Shown: positions 1-14,181 of the stretch, piece by piece
How the letters are laid out: each line of letters opens with the position of its first letter
How positions within the stretch are numbered: the first letter of the stretch is position 1
From: Paramecium tetraurelia
Taxonomy: Eukaryota
Assembly (NCBI GenBank): GCA_000165425.1
Contig: CT868563.1
Location: forward strand, 248,001 to 312,000
Length of the DNA stretch: 64,000 nt
Direction of reading: 5' to 3'
Notes under the pieces: generated by a model
The model's database searches: none
The model's input: only the letters and a program-made list of their open reading frames with translations
Told to the model about the DNA's origin: nothing
Translations under genes and position numbers: made by a program

Positions 1-1362
<1,362 letters not shown>

Positions 1363-2134
1363 TATATAATTATTAAATATATATATTCATAATCAAAGTG
1401 ATTACTTCAAATTCCAATCAAATATCTATCTCCAACCCTCTTAACTACCCTTATTTCTCCGATTTCCTTTACGAAATTCCATATTCCCCTAAACATTTTG
1501 TCAATATTTTGAATTCAAAAATCTCCTTCAATTTCCTAATTATTTACAAATAACTTTGTTTTTCTAATCTAAATAACAAATTTTTTTCATTTCCTTTTCT
1601 TTACAATTATGCAAATTATTTAAAAATCTTAAAAATTAAATAATTTTTTTATTTTCTTTTAATACCCTATTAGAAATACATGTACTCTTTCTCACTTAAT
1701 GTGATTTCATATAATTCACATCTCATCGTAGCTAATTTTTGATACTTTTAATAAAGATTTTTTATACTATTTATTATAAGGCTGTAATAAATTAAACTTG
1801 ATTATATATTTAATATCAATATTGTAATATTTAGGTATTAGATTGACAAATATGGATGTAACCATCATTTTTATTATCATTAATTAATTTATCATTATTT
1901 ATTATCTTCATCATTTTACTACCATTATTTTATAAAAATCAGTTAAGATTATAGATATTATTCATATTATTTATAAGGAAGTAATAGATTTTGGCTGTCT
2001 GCAAGCATACATAAAGCTAGAATGCATTTTTAATCAAGGATAGATCAACTGTTTCTGATGTAATACGTCATTGACTAAAATATTTAAACAGACCAAATTA
2101 TGAATAGTTAATATTAAATATTAATTTAAAAAAA

Positions 2135-2374
2135 ATGGGATGTACTAGTTCTAATTAAACAACTGATCAAGTTATTTAATAAGTTTCTAAACCTCAAATA
2201 AGAGAAAATGTTAAACTTAGAATAGGAGTCAACTTTGATGTATAAAATTCTGAGGCTAGAATGTATTCGATTAAAAAAAATCCCATTGTGTAAAGAAGAA
2301 TTCTCAAATCAATAAAACCGAAAGTTTCGTTATCAAAATAACAAACAGATGAAACATATGGATCATTTTATTGA
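2135..2374 (+). CDS. 79-aa small protein with MGC N-terminal acylation motif
   Basis: Intronless ATG..TGA in code 6 (MGCTSSNQTTDQV...IKKNPIVQRR...GSFY*), with an A-rich context before the ATG. Confidence 0.65.
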
Positions 2375-3455
2375 AACTCACTTTTCACCCAATCCTCAAA
2401 AATGATATATAAATCTATATACTTTAATTTAATTGTCTTATTTGATTAAATCACCCAGTCTAAAACAACTTCCAATACAATTCAAAAGTGATCCCTCTTT
2501 ATCCAATGAATAATCAAGATATTTTAAAATAAAGAACACGTAATTAATATGAAAAAAAACTAATCATCCTTTTTTATTTCGAGAATCACTAAAATATGCT
2601 TGGGTAACATATAATATTGAATTGAATTCTTAAACTTTATAGATACACAATGAATTAAAAATAAGTTCAGTTTGCGAACAAAATTTAAAATTCAGTAAAT
2701 AAAGAGCCAGGTTTGAAGAAGTTAATTAGTTTTATGAAGAGATAATAAAGTCATCTAAAATGTTTGATAATATTTATCATACTTATTTTTTGTATAAAAT
2801 TATGAAGAATTACATATAAAATATAAATTCAATATTTCAGAACTTAAAAGGATATTTACCAGCTAAGATTTATAAATTTGCAATTTTTTAATCATAAAAC
2901 CCATATGAATAGCAATTTTATTAGATGTAATAAAATGGCATTCTTGTGATCAGGATAGTTAAATTATCCTCAACACCATAGTCAATTAATACAAGATTAT
3001 GGACTTGAGGAAGAAGAAATAATGAATGATAACCAAGGTGGGAATACCATAATTTTCAGTAATTTTGATAATTTCACATACCATATAAATAATATAATAA
3101 TCAATAAGTATTTATAATCAAATAAAATTTATATAAGAAGATACATCTAATTTAGGATAAATAATAGATCAAAACGAAAAACTGAAGAGCAATAAGATGG
3201 CATATTTAGAAGATTTAGTATTGATACTTGATAAGGTTCTTAAATTTGAAATATATTATATAATTTATGATTTTTAAATATTTCCCATATATCTATTATG
3301 AAAGAACTAAAGTGTCAGAATAGGTTGGTTTTGATTAGATATTAAATTAAATCAGCAGTGGCTTCACCTAAGTGAGCTAGATTGAGTATTAAATAAAATA
3401 GTTTAATTCATTAATATTAACAATTTTTTATTGTGATAAATATAAATATATCATC

Positions 3456-6072
3456 ATGGGAAATATTTGTAAACCTTAGGTTTAGTTACCAGAAGAAAAT
3501 GAGGTAGATTTAAATAAAAAAGTTGAAATTGAGGAACAAAGGAAAAAAGCAAATCATAAATAAGATAATGTAAATGACTAAAAATAAGACTCTATAACCG
3601 ACGACCAAAAGCAATAATAGGACAACTAGGATGGATAAAAGTTGAGGAGTGAAAATAATCAAGAAGTACTTTATAAAAATAGTTCTTTAGTTAAAAAGAA
3701 GAGAAAACAAAAAGATGGCATAAATAGCAGCTGTTATTGATTAGGAAGTAATATATGAAAATATCTAAAAACAAGATAAAGTGAAAAGTCCTTTTGATTA
3801 TTAACTATTATTGAATGCATTTTCTAATAGTTTCATATTTGCTCAGTTGTAAGGCGACGACAAGTATCAAAAATTGAATATTATTTTGAGTAAAGGTTAT
3901 TGATAAAATGTTCTATTGTACAGTGAAAGATTAGGAGATGGTATTTAAATAAGGAGATAAGGGAAGCTCATACTTTTTGATTGAAAGAGGCTAATGTTAA
4001 ATAATAATAAATAATGATGTAAAGAAAACCTTGAAATCTGGAGAAGCATTTGGAGAATTAGCCTTATTGTACAATGCTCCAAGATCTGCTTCAGTGAAAG
4101 CTATTGGAGGTACTAAAATTCTTAATATTTAGACTGTGCCTTTTGGGCCATAGACAGAAATACAGTTAGGAAAGTGATAGAGGAAATCTCGTTGAAGGAT
4201 TACGAGTAGAATAAGGAGTTTATACAAAAAGTTCAATTTTTTGGTATTAAAATTAAATAATCAAATAGAGTCACTTACTGATGAGTAAAGAACTGCAATT
4301 ACATCTGTTCTGATAACTCTTAACTTTAAAGCAGGCGAGATAATTGTGAATGAAGGTGATTAAGCCGATTCATTTTTTATAATAAAAAAAGGAGAGATTG
4401 AAATATCTAAAGGAGGCAAATAGTTGAGGATCATGCAATAGGGAGATTCTTTAGGTGAATAGGCATTGTAAAGTAACTCTGTAAGAGGGGCAACAGCCAA
4501 AGCACATAAAGATGTCATACTATTGGCATTGTCAAGAGATGATCTGACTAGAATATTGGGAGATAAAATATAGACTATTATGTTCTTGAATTTATAAAGA
4601 TGGGCATTCGAGCGTCATCCTATATTGAAATAACTTACTAAACTTTAAGTAGAAAGGATAGTAAGTAGTATGGAATAAAAATAATTTAAATAAGGAGAAG
4701 TCATTTTGGAGAAAGGGTAATAATGCACTCATTTGATCGTTGTTCTTACGGCTAATATGTAGTATGGATAGCAATCGATTGAGAAAGGGTAAATGTTTGG
4801 TGATAAGTTTTTGGAATAATAAAATTAAAATTTAACTGATTCTTTGACAATGAAATCAGACGGATTGATAAGTCAGATATAAATTAAAGTCTTTTTTGAA
4901 ATTATTGGTGGTACTTTAGAACAAATCTTTTTAAAAAATGAGAAAGCACATGATAGATTCATCAAAAAAGAAGAAGGGTAAAAGAAAGATTAGTATGATC
5001 ATTTTAAATTAGATGAATTAATCTCAATTAAAAAATTAGGTCAAGGTTAATTTGGTAATGTCTATTTAGTTCATAATAAAACAGATAAGAAAAATTATGC
5101 TCTTAAATGCATATCAAAATTTTAAATAATTGAATAAAATCTGGAAAAGCATTTGGCCTAGGAAAAACAAACTTTGCAAACTGCCAACTTTCCACTTATT
5201 ATGCATTTCGTTAAAAGCTTTTAAGATAAAAACTACATCTACTTTCTAGAGGAATACATCAAAGGAATGGAATTATTCGATGTCATTAGAGAAATTGGAC
5301 TGTTAAATACTTACGATTCTCAATTTTATATTGGATCACTAATTTTATGTATGGAATATCTCCATCTCAATAATATCATTTATAGAGATATTAAACCAGA
5401 AAATATTATGGTTGATGATAAAGTAAATAGTAAATTTATTTTAAGGGGTTTATGAAGTTAATTGATCTGGGAACTGCTAAAAATCTTAAAAACAAGAATG
5501 GTAGAACATATACTATTATTGGAACTCCTCATTATATGGCTCCAGAAATATTATCTGGAAAAGGATACACCTATTCCGTTGATCTATGGTCTATAGGTAT
5601 ATGCTTGTATGAATTTATGTGTGGTAATGTTCCCTATGCAGAAGATGCAGAAGATCCGTAAATCTTAATTTAAACTATGTAGATATGATATTTACGAGGA
5701 AATCTAAAAAAAAGCTTTGAGCTTCCCTTCTGTTCTCAAAGATCGAAAGGCTAAAAAACTAATCGAATAACTCTTAAGCAAGACTCCTGAGTTGAGATTA
5801 GGATCATCATATGCAAGCTTAAAAAACAATTAATTCTTTGAACACTTTGATTATGATTCGTTAATGAACAGAGATTTAAAGCCTCCCTACCTTCCGCCCA
5901 AGAGCAAATTATAAAGTGACAAGGAAATCTAAAAAGCAATCTAGGCTGGGAAACTAATTACTGAAGAAATCAAGGTATCATCAATCTCTATTCTTAGAGT
6001 GATCCAACAACAACTAATAACATATATAAACCAGAAAAAGCCAGAGATCCTAATTGGGATAAGGATTATTGA
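3456..6072 (+). CDS. cGMP-dependent protein kinase (PKG): cNMP-binding domains plus AGC kinase domain
   Basis: MGNIC N-terminus; [19 protein letters not shown] and [19 protein letters not shown] cNMP motifs; [30 protein letters not shown]; ends WDKDY*. Several ~25-nt introns. Confidence 0.92.
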
Positions 6073-6547
6073 ATAAAAATTTATTTCTTATGCTATGACC
6101 ACAAAATTTATAAATCGTTAATAATTCAAAAAAGAATAGAAGTGGAATCTTAATATTTCAGTAGAGCAAATTCACAATCTAAATTTTATAATATTTATTT
6201 ATTATCCAAAGGGCAATTTTTCAATTTCAATGATTGAAAACCTTAGCATTCAATTAAGAGTACTTAATTGTCACCCAATCAATTTCTATTCTTATTTAAT
6301 ACATTTTGATCTGAAAAATTAAAATTCCAAAAGATTTACTTAAATTGTTAGATAATAGATAATTTTTTAAATAAGGATCCACTAATTTTCCCAAGATCCA
6401 TTAATCCTATCCAATATATTTTTTAATGATAATTCTATGTAAAAGATTGTTATTTTCTTGCTTTATTTTAACTTTTATTCTTAGTTTATAAATTTTTTTT
6501 TAGGTAGCTTTCTTTATTCAGTTATTATATAGCATAAACATTCTAAA

Positions 6548-7372
6548 ATGCAGCTTTATAATTTAATTCATTAACCTATACTTCTATCTCAATTAAGTTA
6601 ACTCAATTTTAGTTGCATAATGAATAATAATATTGTAAATTTTATTTAATATTCAACAATTCTAGTGCATATTCTCTCCCCAAAGATGTAGCATACATAA
6701 TTAAAGCATCAAACCTTTATTTCAAATAATTTTCTATTCATTAAATCACTAAACTTGTTCAAGTGTTTATGACTATAAGATAGTTATTTTATCTCCAAAA
6801 TCTTATCTTTGTTATTCGTTACTTTAAGACCATTAATTCGACATGTAATTCAAAGAGAGATTAAGATGTCTGGAATATATGAAGTCATCAATTCTGCGTA
6901 TTATAAGGTATTTCAATTTTGATAGTTCCATATCATTCAAGCACATAAATGACTATCTAATAGCTTTACATAATGTTATTCAGCTATTTATGAAGAATAT
7001 AAAGTTCAAGGGAGTATGCGTAAAGTAATTAATTTAATTAGTATGATTAAGATAACAAGCCCACTGTTAAATTATAGATTCAAGATGCTAAGAGTTTAAT
7101 GTAAACCTTATGATAACGTTGAACTAATCAGAGATCAAATTATGGATCTTATGAATGAATATCTTTAAGAGAGTGATGGGTAAGAGTGCTTATTTATTAA
7201 TCAAGAAAACTATATCAATGTTAAGGTCATTTCAAATAATCAGATTGCTTTGTATTTTGTAACAGGAACAGAAATGGACGATACGAATTGGGAATAATAA
7301 ATTAGTAGAGGTCCATTATAAAAATTTACTATTTTATCAAATTCCATAGAAATTAGACCTTCACGATTTTGA
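6548..7372 (+). CDS. hypothetical protein
   Basis: Continuous code-6 frame after removing two 31-32 nt GT..AG introns; ends IRPSRF*. Start is uncertain. Confidence 0.5.
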
Positions 7373-7421
7373 ATTGATTTATAAAATTGATAATTTCTAT
7401 ATTTATTTTTAATTATACACA

Positions 7422-9249
7422 ATGGGAAATAACTAGTCATAACATAAAAATCATCCCAAGCCGAAAAGCAAGAAGAAGGAACAATTTAAGAAATTATTTG
7501 TAATAAAGAAGGACATGTAAGCATCTAAATCATATATTTAGTAACTTTTCCAAGTTATCATAAAAAACTTTATCGCTGATTACATGCTTTTTAAATGTTT
7601 AAGAGTTTAACAATCTCCTTTAAGTGTCGAAGACCACATATTAAATATTTAGTTAAACCTCCGGTTGCTTTTAAATAGAGTGTTAACGACTCTTAAATGT
7701 TAAATGTGAGTTAATATAATCCAAAAATTGGAAATTAATATTATAAAGTGTGATGAGTATTCCAATAAGAACATTGCCTTATGGAGAAGCAATTAAAAGC
7801 GTAAGATATTAGATAAATTAATTTCCAATGTTTATAGAATAGAAAATAAATTACAGTGGATTTCAGAAAGCCATTCTATATTATGAAAATTAACTTAATG
7901 AATAAAAATAAATAATTAAGACTGCCGATTACATTGAAGCACTACACTTCGCATCTAATAACACCGATATACTATTAAGAGTAAGGTAGGGCTTTGAAAT
8001 CCATACACAATTGCCAGAACTATTAATGTTAATATATAATTTGCACGATTATGTAAAAATCTTTTGTCAATATTTGGAAATACGATTTTCTAAATGTAAC
8101 TTAGAATAATTTGTTCAGATTTGGCAGCATTACTAAGGATGGATAAGTTCAGTAGAAAAATAGACATTTGATCTAATATTCCTATTTAATAGAATAATTG
8201 ACGAGAGCTTGCCTTAATACAAGTTACCAAAATATACAATTAGGCATTTCATGGTATGTGAATGGATGAAGAAAGCTGATAAAGGAGAACTCATTGTTAA
8301 GTTAAGGGAAGACTTTAGATTATAAATGATAGAATCTAGAAATAAAAACAATAAATCTTAGTTATTGAGATAATACATACAATATCTTGTTGATATTAGC
8401 ACTAATCAAAATAATATTCAAAAGTATGGCTATTATAACTTCTAATATTGCTAAGAACTTAACTAATTAATTAATTTAACTATAGATTTAACCCCTAAAT
8501 TAAATGTTGAGTACCAATAGGATGAGGAATTATTAATTTATATATTTGGATAGTATGTATATGATTACTATGTATTTGAATTATCATCTGCATTTAGAGT
8601 GGACCAGTTTAAATGCGAAATTAAACAATTTCATTCAGAAAGTCAATAGATGTCAAAGATTTTAGTTAAAAATTTTGATGATTAAAATGTTTAGAATAAT
8701 TAATTTGGTAATGAAGTTTAGAATTTCAAATACCATTTATAGTCATAATATAATGTGTAGTTGAGAATAAAATCTATATTTAAATAAGTAACTGTTATGG
8801 ATGATGATATTAACAATTCGTCTGAGAATATTATAGCAGAAAGCTTAGGAATGTCAGGAATTTCATTAACATCTACAAACTGCAGCTCTATCTTTTCGAG
8901 CGTAAAAAATAATGATTAATTATATCATTATATCAGGTCCTATTAAAAAGACTTGTTTAATAAAATTTAAAAGTTTTGTTGCAAATAACAAGATGTGTAT
9001 CAGTATTCCCTAGAATAAGAACCGAGTAGTGAAGTTATATATGATGTTCCTGAATTGGCTGAGTATGATTATATTTAGCTATAAAATCTGATGGATTTAT
9101 TTTACAATAGAATTCAGAGATCAAATGCTGTTTATTAATTAGAAAGAAGATAAACTATTTTGACATCTAACTACCAGAGTAATCAATAATAAATCTAAAC
9201 TTAATCACTTAATCAAGCTGAATAACTATTAAAATGTCTTTTAAAATGA
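7422..9249 (+). CDS. F-box protein with cullin N-terminal-repeat-like region (about 600 aa)
   Basis: One 25-nt intron (7517-7541). MGNNQS start; F-box-like FSKLSQKTLSLITCFLNVQEFNNLLQVSK; cullin-repeat-like LEQFVQIWQHY..FLFNR..YTIRHFMVCEW..MIESRN..LLRQYIQYLVDI. Confidence 0.75.
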
Positions 9250-9569
9250 ATTTTAATTATTGTTTATTGTATTTTTGTAACTTGGTAATTTCAATAACTA
9301 AAATTTATCTGAAAATATCTTTTTTCTAATTAAGTAAAGTAAATTGATCATCAAATTTGAATGTCTGAATTTAAAACACTATTCTTTACAAATCATAGCA
9401 TTTTATTTAATAATATAACAATTTTAATTCTAATTGAATATTATATATTGTAGAATTGGTAATAAAATATTAATATAACATAGATAATCATTACTTATAC
9501 CATCACACTATTTTGCCAAGTGCATTTTTCATGTTTTTGAAATTATTTAATACTTAATTTAATTTGAAT

Positions 9570-11514
9570 TCAACTTAATCTTTCTCCATTTTAATCTATT
9601 TGACTGCTTAAAACAAAGTCTATGTTTTATGCTCCTTCTCTTTATTTAAGTCTTCTAACTCTTTTTCCTTTTTTTACAATGATGATATTTATGATTTTTA
9701 ATCAAAATTTAATTTATTTAGAGTAAAGATTTATTCCTCAGCCTTAATGACTCTCTCTTCAAATCTTTTTGCTCTATCTTGGATATAGTACTTCATTTCT
9801 TTTTAAGAATCTAATTCCACCTTCTAATCATCTATTATGGATTTTAATTAATAAATTTATTTGTTTTATTGGAGAAGGAGTTTTGAGAAGTAATTACACA
9901 CTTATTATAATTATTAGGATTCCAAGTGCAAATAATTCCCATGAGCTACAAATTTAGAGAAAGTCATTTGTAAGGCTTGCATAAAATCTTAGATTGTAAA
10001 TTTTGGTTGGTACGTAGGTGTTGGAATGCACTTTCTACCAGTTTAGAACAATTGGTAGTTAATTTATGAACTCTTTTTAACAAGATCAACCATATCTCTT
10101 CTTGTTTATAAAATCTAATCTTTAAGAAAAGGCACTGATAGGGATTCTAGAATTACTTAATCAATGTCTTTATATTCTAATTGAAGTTGGATCGACAAAT
10201 CGCTTAATGATTTATTTTATTTGTTTTGTTAAGATTAGGTGGAATTATTATTAATATTTTTGCTTGAGGATTACGTATTATTTGATTATGTTTACTATTT
10301 GTTTTTAGTGAATTAGGTATTTTATAATTATGGTGAAGCCTGCTATTTTATTTATTATTATTCATCAGATTCTCCTAAGCCTAACAAATCTTCATTTTGA
10401 TAAACAGAATCATTTTGTGATATTTATTATGGCTATTAAATTTATTACTGATTTTAGAATTTGCCTTCAATCAATTCAAAGGCGTCATTAAATATTTCAT
10501 TCATGTATTATCCAACATTGAATTTGAAAACTAAAAATTTAGCTATTCCAATTTAAATAACTTCTTCAGGGACTTAAAATACCATATCATTAAAATAACT
10601 AAATAAAATGGTTCAATTACTTCGACTCCTTCTTTAAATACACAACTTCTTTGTTTAAAACTTAGGTTCTATAATTAACAATGTAATTTAATAAGGATCG
10701 ATTATTTTAAATGATGAAATACATTTGTTTACTTGTCAACATTAAGGCAAATATATCTTTAGGTTCTAAAAAGTATAAGATAGTTGATTTGAATTTCTAA
10801 GTCAAAAGCGTATAAATGTTACTATCTTAATATTGTTAGTTCAAAATATTATAAGCACCTTTGATAAACAAAGCACCTGCTCTTATATCTTTCATCTATT
10901 CTAACTCTAAGGATGTCATAAGGTTGTTCTTTTCTGTCCTTGCAAGTTTAATTTCTAATTCATTAACTCTTTATTAAAACTGAGTAGTAGATTTCAACAA
11001 TAGATCATTTTGTGATAGATATTTGTTATTGATTTCTTCCAATTCCTTATTTCTCAGCTTTAATTATTCGCATTCCCTAACTAAATCAACTTGACGTTAC
11101 TCATAATTATTTTTGATCTATGAATATGGTGTGATCATATTACTTCATCCATTTGTTGCATGTAAGTGTCCTCAATATTTTTAATAATTTATTCTTTTGA
11201 CAAAATAGCTTTGATCTAATTCTGCAATTGCAACTTGAGACTATCGATTTCGTTTTATTGCGACTAATAATCATTGATGATTTCTCTCAGACCTTTCACA
11301 TTATCCTTGACTGATTGAAGTTTTTCAGCTCTCTCTTTATCTATGCTAATATGGAATAAGAATGAAGTCAATACATCTGTCTGGTTTGCTTGTTGTATAG
11401 TTTGTCTAGGTCTTTTTGGAGTGAAGAGTCCATAAAGATCATGAATTTGTATTGGGTTGGTTAGAGAATGATCATTGGTTGTGCAGACTCATCTTGTTTA
11501 ATTTATTATTTCAT
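9570..11514 (-). CDS. hypothetical coiled-coil protein
   Basis: Long Q/E/K-rich code-6 frame with short introns, MKQQIKQDESAQP...GERLS*. Confidence 0.7.
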
Positions 11515-11540
11515 TATTATATATTTAATTTAATTAACGA

Positions 11541-12895
11541 ATGAAGTATTTCCAGAATGGATTGAACCAAATTTGTCAATAAATTATTCGACCCGCAAGA
11601 GCCTAATACACCTTATATGATTTGTGTAAGTTTACTTAAGATTATGAACAGCTTCCTTCTAGATTCAAGAGGAAACCCAATACATGAGGGAAGATTTCGA
11701 TATCATCAATCCTAGATAAGAAGTGATCAAAGTTAGTTAATACATAGGCTAATAAAAAAGTGATGTTTGCATCATTTATCTGCATACAGCCAATGGTTCT
11801 AGAATGGAAGTGAGCAAATATGTCTCAATGATTATTAAAAATGGGTTTGGTTTAATCTCATTTGATTTCACTGGATCTGGAATGTCTGATGGAGAGATCG
11901 TGACCTATGGACACAGAGAAGTTGAAGACTTGTAAACTATTATTACTCACTTCCAATCATCCTATAAATAAATCATTCTATGGGGAAGATCTATGGGCTC
12001 TGCTATTGCTATTCAGTACATGCAAAAATTCAATAACTTAATTATCAAAGGAATGATTTTGGACAGTCCATTCGTTTGTTTACTAGATGTAAATAATAAG
12101 CTCTAATAGGATTAGGTGATCTTGCAAATGGCATCCAGCAGAACCAAAATTCCCAATTTCATTTTGAAGAGTCTGTCAACATTTGTGTCTAATGAACTCA
12201 AAAAATAAGCTGGATTTGATTTAGATGAAATTAATTGCATAAAAAAGATCTCTTAAATCAAATGTCCAGCTATTTTTGTGACTTCCAAACAGGATGCAAT
12301 TGTTCCACCTGAATAAACTGAAAAACTATTTAAAGCTTATACTGGTATCAAAAAAATTTAATACATAAATCAATAACACAATGGCATAAGGGACCATTCT
12401 TTTATTGAAACTCTTATCCAGTGGTTTAAGAAGAGAACTCCTATATTTGAGAGACTGGGAGTGGGCACTTAGATCAAACAAAAAATAATGCATAAATCCA
12501 AAAATACCTTAGGATCAATTAAGTAGGTTTCATTGGATCTCTACAAGGAAAGATCATCAACTCTAGAACGTTTTAATATAATATTTATTTTAGATTAAAG
12601 AAGTCTGAACGATTCAATATCTCCCAGGTAGAAGATCATAGATCAAAAGAAACCAACTGCAGAGGAGAAGTATAACCAATTACTAGAAACCTAAAGGTCT
12701 CTTTATGTAGATAGATCTGCCTCTGCACAAAGAATTTAGATCAGCAACTCTATTGATTATTAGATGTCTCCAATGCCTTTAGCACCTTTGAGCAATAAAA
12801 TTATCACTTCCTCGTAACACAATTACTTCTCTCATTCAAAACCTATTACTTTCACTAAGGTCCCTCATAAGACAAAAGATGGAACGCATTTTTGA
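11541..12895 (+). CDS. alpha/beta-fold serine hydrolase
   Basis: IIRPARAQY, YLHTANGSRME, FDFTGSGMSDG, nucleophile elbow WGRSMG, LDSPF, D (SKQDAIV) and H (QQHNG). Confidence 0.88.
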
Positions 12896-13041
12896 TTTAA
12901 TTTGTATGATAAAATTATTTTTTAAAATTAATTTGGTCTCCTTTTTCTTAAATTTCATATATAAACAGTTAAATACTTGAGTATCGCATTAAAGTTTGAA
13001 TCTAAATATCAATTAAATTAAATTAAAATATAAAAATTAAA

Positions 13042-14041
13042 ATGGGATAGGCATGTTAATAATGCAAAGCTTTCTCAGGCAAGGAAGAGTTTGATATAAA
13101 GAACATGAATGAAGAATTGGGAGATGAGAGTCCTGATGTAGAGCAATCCTTTTTGGACGAGGAGGATGAAGCTAGAAAACATAGTATTTACGATAATTTA
13201 TAGGAAAGACAAGCCACCTTCTTTAGATAATTTTAATAAAAGAGGAATGTTTAGAAAGGAAGATACATATGATTAAAATGATGGAAAACTATCCGCCACA
13301 ATAGAAAACAAAGAAATAGCCTTAACTGAAGAACTAAGAGGAGAAGAGATGATTTTAGTTGATGGATCAAAATATTAGGGTAATGTTGTTGATGGAAAAG
13401 CAAACGGAAAGGGAAAAATATGGTTAAATAATGGTGATATTTATGAAGGAGACATAGTGGACAGTATCATGCAAGGAAATGGTGTCTATTATTTTAATAG
13501 GGGACCTATTTACAGTGGATAATTTAAATAAGGGAAAGCTAATGGGATAGGCAAGGAGATGTGGCCAGACGGGTCAATTTACGAGGGACAATTTAAGAAC
13601 GGTAAAAAGCATGGTTAAGGAATATATAAGTGGAGTTAAGGTTGCTGTTATGATGGAGAGTGGTTTGAGAATATGATCCAAGGTCAGGGAAGATATGAAT
13701 GGTCAGATGGTAGGGTAATTTTATTAATGAATCTATAGTGTTATATTGGAAGCTGGATTAAGAATCAAATGCATGGGAGAGGTAAATACTAATGGAAGGA
13801 GGGAAAGTATTATGATGGAGAATATGAATTTGATAAAAAATGTGGTTTCGGAATTTTTGTCTGGCCAGATGGCAAATAATATCAGGGATACTGGTTCGAT
13901 GGTAAACAACATGGAAAAGGAATAATGATCAATAAAGAGGGAAAGAAGAAGTTAGGGGATTGGGCTGATGGGAAATTAATTAGTTTCAATGAAGAAACTA
14001 ATGTAGAAATCATTCCAGAAGGTTGGATTGATAATGTTTGA
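13042..14041 (+). CDS. MORN-repeat protein
   Basis: Tandem YEGQFKNGKKHGQGIYKW-type repeats; MGQAC N-terminus. Confidence 0.92.
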
Positions 14042-14181
14042 TTTTTATTTTATTTTTATGCAATTACTTAGTTTTAAGAGATTCAATTTTAAATTACCAT
14101 TTTATTTTTAAAATTATATGGAATTTTGGGCTGGTTTTCAAGAAAACTTTTACTATTATTAATAATAAATATTATAAATAA

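Noticed and set aside
7751..7755. TGATG suggesting overlapping stop/start (translational coupling)
   Set aside because: After splicing 7517-7541 the ATG is an internal Met of the F-box gene and the TGA is out of frame.
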